Below are positions 38,360-48,665 of a DNA stretch of 64,000 bases, piece by piece. The DNA is from Lama guanicoe. Taxonomy: Eukaryota. Positions within the stretch are counted from its first letter, which is position 1; each line of letters begins with the position of its first letter. The notes under the pieces were generated by a model. That model saw nothing but the letters and a program-made list of their open reading frames with translations, did no database searches and was not told the origin of the DNA. The stretch spans positions 380,490-444,489 of the forward strand of contig MU053379.1 of assembly GCA_013239625.1 (NCBI GenBank). The letters run 5' to 3'. The translations under genes and the position numbers were made by a program.

Positions 38360-38720
38360 CCGTGCCCCAGCTCCCCTCGGGGCCTCAGAGAGCGGCACAC
38401 ATCGTAATTCCCTTTCCAGAGCCCTACAGATTTCCACAAACAATGACATCACTCCGGCGCCGCCACCAGATTACAGCTGGGGGTATTTTCCTGGGAGCGT
38501 GCGGGCCCGGGAGGAGAGATGGAGGAGCTCTCCAGGGTGCTGAAAGGGGCGGGGGCGGGGGCTCTCCGCGCGGCGCCCCCAGCCGGCGGAGGCGGACCGG
38601 CCATGCCGGGGGCGGGCAGGGGCGGGCCCGGGGCGGCCCAGGGCGGGGCCCGCCGCTTCCCCGGCCCTTATTGGCTGCTGGAGGGCGCACGTCACCCAGG
38701 CTGGTGCTTTCCTCCGGCCC
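38360..38720 (+). promoter_or_regulatory. PCSK2: PCSK2 proximal promoter / CpG island (TATA-less, GC boxes)
   Basis: Very GC- and CpG-rich, with several GGGCGG Sp1 boxes, EGR1-type GCGGGGGCG at 38549-38557, inverted CCAAT (ATTGG) at 38670-38674, and CRE-like CACGTCA at 38688-38694 and TGACATCA at 38444-38451. Confidence 0.85.
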
Positions 38721-39056
38721 CAGTGGAATTGGAGCTGAGGAGGAGCTGAAGATGCAGATTTAGCATCCAGCACAGATACACTCGCTCTTTCTCTGAGATA
38801 CACACAGCTCCCCACATTAGCACCTCTGCGAGCTAGACGGGCTGCCTGACTACACGGCTTCCCTGCCAGCCAAATGCTAGAGAACACACACTGATTTGCT
38901 GCTTTCCAACCCATAACCAGTGTCTTTCTCTACACAAAGATTTTTTAAACAAGCAATTTAAAAACTATATATATATATTTTTTGCACCTTTCCTGCGGGA
39001 CCACTGCTCCGCCAGCCTGCGCGCGTCCTAACACCACTTTTCACTCTCAAAGAAAG
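38720..39056 (+). other. PCSK2: PCSK2 5' UTR (exon 1 leader; TSS approximate)
   Basis: Lies between the GC-box/CCAAT/CRE-like promoter and the ATG; resembles the mammalian PCSK2 mRNA leader as I recall it (GGAGCTGAGGAGGAGCTGAA...CACCACTTTTCACTC). The TSS cannot be fixed from DNA alone. Confidence 0.7.
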
Positions 39057-39233
39057 ATGAAAGGTGGCTGTGTCTCCCAGTGGAAGGCGGCCGCCGGGCT
39101 CCTCTTCTGTGTCATGGTTTTTGCATCTGCCGAGAGAAGGGTCTTCACGAATCATTTTCTTGTGGAGTTGCATAAAGGGGGAGAGGAAGAAGCTCGCCAA
39201 GTTGCAGCAGAGCACGGCTTTGGAGTCCGAAAG
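39057..39233 (+). CDS. PCSK2: Proprotein convertase subtilisin/kexin type 2 (PC2), first coding exon (59 codons, phase 0; gene continues beyond the window)
   Basis: ATG at 39057 gives MKGGCVSQWKAAAGLLFCVMVFASAERRVFTNHFLVELHKGGEEEARQVAAEHGFGVRK, recognisable as the mammalian PC2 signal peptide plus propeptide start. It ends at a canonical donor AAG|GTAAGA (GT at 39234) and sits in a CpG island. Confidence 0.97.
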
Positions 39234-39489
39234 GTAAGATCTCCCTTGCATTTCGTATGTTGTTTCAAAACGGGGGCAGCCCTGCGCAATCTCATTGCAG
39301 ATTTGCAAGTTTTCTCTCTTTCTCGTGCGATGCAGATATTCTGCCAAGGGCTCTTTAACACGACATTGCCTCCGGTGATCTCTCACGGGTTATGTAATTA
39401 AAATGCCCTTCAAATTGTACTCATAAGGTCATAAAAACAATTTATTGCTCTTTGACTTGGCGAGAACAGAATAACACCTTTCAAACAAT

Positions 39490-40790
39490 GCTATGCGCCC
39501 GGGCTGCTGTCCGAGCTACCAAGTTCTCAAGGCTGCCTGGGGGTGGAGGTTTGAAGTGCTGAACATCTGGGCTTGGCGTTGGCAGGCTCGTCAGGGATGT
39601 ATCCCCCGCCCCCATCTCCCAGAGAAAGAGTAGTTTCCGACGGACAGGGCTGGGAGCTTGGACACTGCGATCCCACCCCCGTGCTTTTGGAGCCCCGCTC
39701 CTGGAGGACTTCCCTCCCTGACTTCGATCCCTGCTCTTCTCCAGAGACAGCAGCTGCCTGGTTTCAGGAGACTTGGAGACAGAACTGGTTTTTCTTTCCA
39801 AAATCTGGGCTGAATTTCCCGCCCTCGCCCCGCCCACGACTGCCCACCCCGAAGCGTATTCAGTTAGCTCTCCAGTTCTCAACTCACAGCTGTAGACGTT
39901 GAAGAGGTAGATTTGGAGGGGAGTTTCCCACGGAGAAGTCGGGTGTCTCTCCTGGTATGTGGGCGGCCGGCTTGGCTTTCCCACAAGAAGGCGGGGATCC
40001 CCATAGAAGTTGTCAGAGTTCAACCGTTTGGGCAGCTGGATGAGGTTCCCAGCCTAGGATGCCTCACGACTCCTTTGGAGACTCCAGGGTACCCAGTTTG
40101 GGAGGGCAAGGGAGCCGACAGCTCCAGGTGGGGGCCGTGGCTGCCCTACTTGCTCTTGCAGAGAAATATCTTGCCAAGGATCTCAAGTGTCCTTAGGGGA
40201 CCTAGCGAGGGGTGGGGTGGAGTGAAGGTGCAAGGAAAAACCGGGACGATTGGAACCTGGAGGATTTAGGGAGGTCTGTGGGATTCCGGGCCCCAGTTCT
40301 ACCCCCCTGGTCCCAGGAGAGAAGCTTGAGTTGAGCAGTTGGTGCTTTCGGTTGCTGCTTTTGCCTCTCAAGGGCAGCGCGAACTGGGAATCAATCCCTT
40401 CTGTCCCGACTTCCCACGCCTCCCGCCTTCCCTCTAGCCGCTGCGAAGCCTCCTTCACATGCTGGTGTTCTCCCGCCTCCGTAGGGCGTTGGTAGCCGCG
40501 ATTTCGACCCCAAAGTTTGACGACGGGTTTGACAGAGGTCTGGGAAGAGCGCCGGGTCTGCCAGTGGCGCGCGGGCGGGTCTTGCAGAAGGAACTTGTTG
40601 CTCCGGGTAAGCGTGGGTGGAGCAGGGGAGAGGAGACGCCAGCTGAGGGCGCAGCCCGCTGCCGCTCTGGCCCAGGGCCTGGGGACTGCTTCCTGAGTGC
40701 CGCCAACGCAAAACAACAAGCAGACCCTCCTTTCCTCCCACCCACCTCCACCCCAAACTTGGCAGTATCCAGGACCCAGGCGCCGTAAAT
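39490..40790. promoter_or_regulatory. CpG-rich extension of the PCSK2 island into intron 1
   Basis: High GC and many CpGs (e.g. 40430-40710) with no recognisable repeat, then an abrupt switch to AT-rich DNA at ~40790. Confidence 0.7.
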
Positions 40791-40799
40791 ATAGTAGTG

Positions 40800-41000
40800 A
40801 TTGTTACTAACATTATAGGGCACCTTTATGTGATGGAGTCTACATGTATTCTTATTTAATACTCTCAACAATTCTGAGAAAGCTACTATTATTGTTGAGC
40901 TTATGGTTCTGATAAGGAAATTGGCTCAGATAAAGGCCCAAGATGAAAACAGCCAAGAATTTAAACCCAAATCTTTCAGAGATAAACTTTTGGTCTTTAC
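40800..41000 (-). mobile_element. MIR SINE
   Basis: TTATTTAATACTCTCAACAATTCTGAG...GATAAGGAAATTGGCTCAGA...AATTTAAACCCAAATCT. Confidence 0.6.
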
Positions 41001-42399
41001 CCCCATAGTACATACCACACCAAACTAAGGGCTCTGCAGGGTATGTTGGCCTTCGGGGTATGCTGAAAGGGGACATGACATCGGGCTCTTTAAAAAGGCT
41101 CCTTAAAAAAAAAAAAAATCAACTCTGTAAAAGGGCTGCAGTTGATGCAAATTACCTGTTACTCTCCTTCCCTACCTTGTACCTTTCCATAGTGTAGACA
41201 GACATTGCTAACTCCTCTTTAATTCTCCTTTTGAAACTGTGCCCTTAGGATTTGACCTTAGAAACATAACCAGATCTAGGTATTGCTGAGACTGATAATA
41301 GCATAATGTATTAATTGTCCAAGAAATTTACTTATTTTTTCCTTTTGGATAGAGGTGAACAGTTAAGAAAGGATTTACAGTTTTGAGCAAGAAGGTATAG
41401 AGACAATCTCATTGTAAATAAACTGAAATCTCAATATACTTACCTTAAAATCTCAAGGAACTCATACTTACTACCTTATCTCATCTAACTTCACAAATCT
41501 GTGAGGCAGAAATTACTGGCATCAGCTCTAATTCTCAGATGAAAACTTAAAGCTCCAAGAGGTTGAAAGTTACTACTCATACCTGGAAAGTGGGGGGGGG
41601 AAAAAAAAAACCTCAGGTTTAAATTAACTTTATGGAAAATAATTTTGTTTTTCTAGCATGCTGCCTCCAGGAAGTCTTCCCTGACTGCCAAAATTCTGCC
41701 TTTTGGGAACCATTTTGAAATTCGGATATTTTTCCCTTTCTTTCTTACTTTTTACTTTTTTAAAGAATATCTGACACATTTGATATTGACGTATGAACCT
41801 ATGTCATTAATCAATGCATATGAATATGTGTCTTCAGATAGATTGTAAATCTTCCAAGAGTATATATATACTGTATATACTTTTTATAGCCTCTATATTT
41901 AACAGGTACTAAATAAAAGGTACTCAATAAATATTTGTGGGTTGCTTTGCTTAACTCTTACAAGACCATGAGCAGACAATTATATGTCTGCTCTAAAATA
42001 CAATAAAAATACTTATAACTTTACCCTCAGAAAGGTGTGTTGAGACTAAAGTTTTCTGTTTTATCATGACCTAGCCCAAAGAGAAGATGCATATTTCCAG
42101 AAGAATGAGTAAGTTTACAATAATGACAAAGGCATTATTCTAAAGATTGCCTTAAAATTCTAATACACTACTAATTTTAATTCCTTTGAAAAAGAAAATG
42201 AAAATTTTTTTATTAGCGAATGTGTTAAGGATTGGCCAAAAATCAAGTGAGAGTTAAGATAAAAATCCAAACAACTGACAATTAAAAGTTTTAGTTTTAC
42301 TATGATATGTTTTATTTTTTATCCATGTAGGACTGAGGTTAGTATGATTATACAAGTAAAATCATGTGACCACTTTTATACATGTAATTTTTTAAATTT

Positions 42400-43250
42400 C
42401 AATCTAATAATAATTGTGTTGTTATGTAATGAAGGAATAAACTTCTGGTCATTTAATTTTATGGAAGTATAACATAATTTAAGAAAGAGCACGGCTTGAT
42501 AAATTTTCATGACCTGGGCACACATACAGAACCAGCACTAAATCAAGAGATAAAACATTATCACTGTTCCCTAAGTCCCCCTCTTGTTCACTTGGGTTGT
42601 TTTTAGTTTTAGGATTTTGTAAATGTTGCTTCTGCAGGTGTTGTTGTCTATGTATTCTGATGAACACGTTTATTCCTTTCTGTTGGAAATATCCCTACGA
42701 GTATCAGTTTTCCATTGCTGTGTAAAAAACCACTACAAACTTAGTGATCTAAAACCACACAAATTTGTTATTTCTTAGTTTTCATGAATAAGGAGTTTGG
42801 TCCACTTTAGTTGGGTATTCTGCTTTAGGCCTCACAAACTGACAAAGAATTTTCCAAAGTAGTTATGCCAGTTTGCATTCCAGCCAGCAGTGTGTGAAGG
42901 AAGATTCTGATTGCTCCACATTCTCACTGACATTTGATAATTTATACCATTTTCCTGTTAGCTATTTTGATGGATATGTAGTGGTGTCTCATTGTGATTT
43001 TTACTGTACATTTCCCTGACGATCAGTTGAAGCTGAATGCCTCTTTATATGCTTATTGGTGATTTGGATATCTTTTTATACAGTATTTGTTCAGATCTTT
43101 AGCCATGAAATTTTTTTTTTCTTTTGAGTTACCTGTCTTAATTTTTGGTTTGTAGGAGTTCTTTACCTATTATTGATGGGACTCTTTTGTCAGATATATA
43201 CATTTTGAATATTTACTCTCATCCTTTTAATGATGTCTAAATGTCCCAAC
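42400..43250 (-). mobile_element. Old L1 3' region, antisense, interrupted by a MaLR fragment (~42700-42840)
   Basis: TTTTCCAAAGTAGTTATGCCAGTTTGCATTCCAGCCAGCAGTG...GTGGTGTCTCATTGTG; MLT-like CCATTGCTGTGTAAAAAACCACTACAAACTTAGTG. Confidence 0.6.
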
Positions 43251-44279
43251 TATATTGAATCCAGATTATATAATTTTAGTCTCATTTCTGCATACAATCA
43301 ATTGTCAGTCAGAAGAATACTCTAGCTTTGTTCCCCTGTCCTCTTAGCATTGTTTGGCAGGGGGGCACCGGGGACAGAAATAACAGGAAATAGACTTGAT
43401 GCTAAGTATTTCCAAAAGGATTGCAATCTGAGAAGCCCTCCTCCTGCTAACAGAGAAGAGCCCAGAACCTTATTTCCCCAGCATAGCTGCCATGAATTTC
43501 ATTTGGACCCCTAATTAATACATTGTGCCTTAGGTCAAGTCAAAGCTCATCCTACAAGCCTCCTCTGGTGGACCTAGAACAGAATATTCTCTATCTCTTT
43601 GAAACTTCCATTGCATAAAATCTGTTCCTTTCCCTTGGCACCTGTCACATCTGTCACAGCCCTCATCATGCCTAATGTCCCTCTTGTGGCTGAAAGAAAC
43701 CAGGAACAGTAATGTTGAAAGGTAGAGATGATGAGATTTTATTTGAAATGGTTGATGAAATGTGAATGTTGAAAAAAATCAATAATATAGTGCATATAAG
43801 GTTCTGGACAAAGTCCTGACTGCACAAGATAAAAAACTTCTATCAGTAGTAGTAATAATAATAGGTGATTACCTAGCCACATTTAGTTAACTCAAGAAAA
43901 CAATTATAGGCTGTACTTTCTCAGGAACGACAGCTGACAGAGTGAGGAATAGACACTCAACCCAATGGCAACACATCCATGAATTAGCCATGGTCCATGA
44001 GACAGCTTGACCCAAATAATTCAGCAAATTTAATTTGTTATAGACCGGTAACTATCTCAACCAATCATAACAGCTGCCTTAGGAAATTTGACTCACTAGT
44101 TGCTATAAAATGGAGAATGGAGTCTAGTTGCCATGAGAGAACCCCTCCAGGCCACTAAGAGAGGCAAACATTTCATTTGAGTTTCTAATAACTTCCAGCT
44201 CAACTTCCCAGCAAAAGAACTCTGTGATAGAGGCTTAAAGCTGATTACCAAACTAATAACCTCTTCTACAGGAGCCACA

Positions 44280-44625
44280 GAAAGACCACGTTTCCCAGCC
44301 CACCTTGCAGGCAGGTGTGATCATGACAATTCCTGCCAACGTACTGTGAGCAGAAGTGATGTAGACTTCTTTCATGCTTGATACATAAAAACTCCCAATA
44401 AGTTGATTTTCCACACTCTTTTCTTTTCTGAGGCTTAATGTGATTGAGAACAGTAGCTTTGGGAACAAATGCCAAAGATGGCAGAGCCACAGGATGAAAG
44501 AAGCTCAGGTCCCTGATTCCTGATTTAAAAGAACTTACATGAATCAGAAATTGAACTGCTATTATATTAAGGCACTGAGATTAGGGAGTTTATATTTAGA
44601 ACAACCAGCATTACCCAAGGCAATA
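44280..44625 (+). mobile_element. MaLR LTR (MLT1-family)
   Basis: TTTCCCAGCCCACCTTGCAG...GTGAGCAGAAGTGATGT...AAGATGGCAGAGCCACAGGATG...GCACTGAGATT. Confidence 0.7.
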
Positions 44626-47299
44626 TACTCTCAATAAATATTCCTTTTCTTAAGTTGCGGAAGTGACTCTCCAAACCTTATAACCAAACCAAGCCAAATC
44701 ACAACAATAATCTCTTAAAGACTTATTGGAGTTCTTAGATTTTTATCTCATAATGTCAACCAACTTCAGGTCTTTGTTGTTTGTCTTCTCCAGCAAGAAT
44801 ATACTATCCATTCAACATCTTGTCCCTTCCACTGGCAACCAATTTGCCCTACTCATAGTAGGTACTCATTATGTGCTTCTTAACTAATAAAGACACTTGA
44901 GTCTCAAAATGATGATTTAGCCATCAGCTCAGAGAGAAGGTAATTGAAGAATTAGCCTTTAAGAAACTACATCTATTGTATCCATTTATTTATAGATAGC
45001 AGCTTAGGAAGGAAATAGAAGTAGTTAACAACCAGCAAATCACTGACTGGCAGACTCTTGTGTTTCCCTAAAATTCCCAATTTAGGAACTATCAGAGTAG
45101 AATAGATAAGTTCTTTGAGCAGGGAAAGTAAAGCCTGCAGTTAAAACTTGATCAAAATACAAAAGAAGAGGAAAAATTACATCTCTTTTTCTTAAACGGA
45201 TGAACACCTAAAAATCAATTTCTATTTCAAAAGTTCTGATTAGCTGTAGATCATAATGTTTCAGCACATCAGAGAGTGATGCTGATAATTAAGTTTGCAA
45301 TAATTGTATATTCAGCTGTAACTGCTCAAAGAAGCCAAGCTTTAAAAATAAAACATGAAACCTGAAGTTCAAATGTTTTCCCCCCACTACAGCAGTGGTT
45401 TTATTTTACATTTGAGCTCAGATTACCAAAAAGAAACTTTGTACTAAATTTCTGGAATATATTATTTGAGATTCAAATAATTGCAGGGCAGTTGAAAAAC
45501 GGGAGTTAGAGCTTGACATCCTCTACTAAGATGTGTTTGTTATAGCTAAAGACAATTAAGTGGCTAAAATTCACTAATGGCTAGGGAATCACAAAATTAC
45601 ATCTAAGTTAACACTTGTATCCTAAATGTAACCGTTGCATATTAATAGATGGCTTATATGTGAGGTATAAAGGAAAAGCAATAAACTCTCTCAACAAATT
45701 GGTTTTGCCCCTAAAGCTCATTTGACCATGACTTTTTGGATAATGTTGTGATATCCTGAGATTCTCTGATAAAAATAATTGAAAATAATAAACTCTTAGG
45801 TTGAAAGTGAAGCATTGACACAAATTCCTAATTTTCTGACATGGAGTGAAATATATTTAAAGCACATTGATATATTACAGCATGTTGATAGTTTCCTTGT
45901 TAAAAAGTTGTCAAGAACAGGAAGAAAACTAGAATCCTAGGGTGCCCTTCAATTGTAACTTTAAATTTGGCAATGATTCCCCAAACAGCTAATTCTTCTC
46001 ATAGTTTTTTCTAAGTAGATTCACTTAATGCTCACTTTGTGTCAAGCTAGAAAGATTTCAAAGAAATGTGAGACAAATAGGAAACTATTTGGGGATACTG
46101 AGAACATGAAGACAATAACTTCAGTTTAAAATATTTGCAAAGTATTGTAGCAGCTTTAGAGAAAATAGTTTTGATCTGGTATACTTGAGTTTTGCTGTTT
46201 CAAAGTTTCAGTATTAACAGAAGTTAACAACATTGTCAGTCCTGCTTTCTATGTAAACAGAATATCTGACTGAACTAAGCATTGTTGAATGAATGATCTG
46301 ATTTATGTTTAGATTAGACAGTTTCTTAGACAGTTGAAAATCTTTCTTCTTGGAATTTAAATGAATAAATAAACAAAATATGTAAATTATTTGATTTGGG
46401 GAATGACAAACATCTCAATGTGAGGACAATATTCTTAAATACTGCAGCACTTGTGAATGCCTTGAATGGGAATAATCAAGTTAAATTACTTGAGATAAGT
46501 TAAGAATCCCTAATCACATGAAAAAAATTAATAACTTTATTGTTTGGTCAATATTACATATTCTTATTTTTTAAAATACCCAGGAGTACAAAAAAATACT
46601 CTTTTGTACTATTATTTTTTATTACCTCAAATCACATTATTCAAAACTAAACATTACCAGCATTAGGTCTAAATTTTATTGTAGATCTTTCTGCAAGACT
46701 ACATAGAGAGAGAAAGGAGATAAGTTGATTTGTAGAACTGGGATCATATTAAACACACTTTAAAATTTTAATTATTTAATTTAATTATTATAGATTTAAC
46801 AGAAAGAAAGGAAATTGGAAGAAAATTGAGGAAATTGTTAAACTCCAGATAAATTGCTCACACAAAAGAGACATTATTTCCTAGGAGATCACCTTAAAAT
46901 TAAGAAAAAAATTATTTGTACAAAATTTAGGAGTTTGTGATTATTTTATATATAAATGGTAGATAGATAATGTATGTTTAATTATCTAATTACAAATTTA
47001 AATAATAATTAATTTTTAAAAGCTTTAGTGAATTGCAGACTCTGTGCTCTGCAAATTGAGGAAATAAGCAATCTAACACAGCCTCTTACCTCCCCTATTT
47101 CCCCACTCCAATATTTGTTAGGTACATACTTATTTTTGCATCATGTTGCATATAAATATTTAACCTTCTGCTTATAACCATAATTCACAGTATTGCTTCT
47201 ATTAGTTCTATATTTAAATTGCTTGTAATTTCATCACAAGGCTTTTTATCAGAATTTCTTCAATCCCAAATTGTTCATTTTCCTTCAACTCTTGGTTAG

Positions 47300-48200
47300 C
47301 TGGGTGTTAGTGAAAGTGAAGGGATTAGCCTGCACATGAAAAAGGAACTCTCCTCTCTCTGAGATAAAAGAGAGAAGAATGGGCAGACGAAGTTCAGTTT
47401 TTAGGTCACAGAGGAGGATATCGGGAGAATATCTACTTAGGAGTCACAGTTACTTCAAAGGTGTAGGAGGCAAGGTCAGCATTTAGAGTGAGGGAACTGG
47501 TGCTGGGGTGGGGCTTCAAAAGAAATAAGACTTTGTACCCTGCTCATGGGAGTGGGAGAGGATGCCAACAAAGGACGAATAAGGACTTCTGGACAGTCCT
47601 GAGGGGCCAAGTGGGAAGGAATGGATTTATAGTAGCAGCAACTGAGTCATTTTCTTATATAGCACTCAAATGGAGGTGGTGGAAATGAGGAGAGAGAGAA
47701 ATGGAGTTTTTCAAAAATAGAATGGCCATAAAGGAGAAGAGCAGGTAGATTGGAATTAGCAGTGAGAGAGCTGAAAGGGGGAAAGCTGTAGTTAGTGAGC
47801 GGGGTGTTGAAGCTCAGCACTCTGAGCACTTCCAGACAATGGGAAGGTCCATGGAGGTGAGTTACCAAAAACAAAAAGAGGTGAAGGAGGTCCAGGAGCT
47901 GAAAGTCAAATGCACAAGCATCCATCCACATGCTAAACAGCACTGCCAAGCAAGAGTTTTGAGAGAAAGTGAAGAGAAGAGGTTCTAGCTTAAAATCTTG
48001 GAGAACTTTGGGCAAGGAGGGAGAAAGGAGATGGAATTGGAGTGTTCGAGGTATAGAAGGATAACCGAAAGAATGAGGAGCTGTGAAAGGAATGGAGAAG
48101 AGGATTAAGGAAGAAGGAATGGGGTGACAACGGCCACTGGTTTTAGAGGCGAGGTCACTGTTAACATTGGAGGAGCCACCTTAGTGCATGTGAAGAGTAG
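47300..48200. mobile_element. L2 fragments
   Basis: Purine-rich decayed L2-like sequence (GAGGTCACTGTTAACATTGGAGGAGC). Confidence 0.4.
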
Positions 48201-48209
48201 AAATAAACC

Positions 48210-48665
48210 ATTTTGGGTCCCCAGGAGCAGTCCCTGGAACAAGGATTAAATGCAAATTGTTTATTCAAGGAGTGATTCTAGGAAATACTTGTAAGGGGAA
48301 TTGAGACAGGGAAGGGAAGGCAGGAATTAAGGATGCATGATAGAACAAATTGTAACTATGAGTAACTGGGGCTCAATCCCAGTAGGAAACTCTGGGAGCT
48401 GGTTTAGAACACATGTCTCAGAATTATCCTGCCTGAGGGGTGATGGAGCTTGGGTATTTATATGCCAATTGCAATAAACATTAATTCATGATTGATCATT
48501 ACTCCTGGGTAGCATGGACTCTCCAGCATTTTGACCTGGCACAATGTTCAACCAGAGCAGAATTGGGCTGCCACAGAAAACTTTCAGACCAATAGATCCA
48601 GAGGCTTGCATGCACTAAATGCTAAGACCCAAAGGGATTTGAGCAGGAAAGTGAGTGTCTGCTGC
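48210..48665 (-). mobile_element. ERVL LTR (LTR16-like), antisense
   Basis: GGGTCCCCAGGAGCAGTCCCTGGAACAAGGATT...TTTATT...GAGACAGGGAAGGGAAGG...GGGTATTTATATGCC. Confidence 0.6.

Noticed and set aside
38982..39401. 139-aa ORF as a complete protein
   Set aside because: It is PCSK2 exon 1 with 5' UTR and intron read-through on either side; the track start is not an ATG and homology stops exactly at the GT donor at 39234.
39630..39650. Second RE1 site (CGGACAGGGC)
   Set aside because: Only the right half-site is present; there is no TCAGCACC left half.
37574..40871. Many overlapping 70-180 aa ORFs around the promoter
   Set aside because: Expected from stop-codon scarcity in GC-rich DNA; Pro/Gly/Arg/Ala-rich with no recognisable domains.
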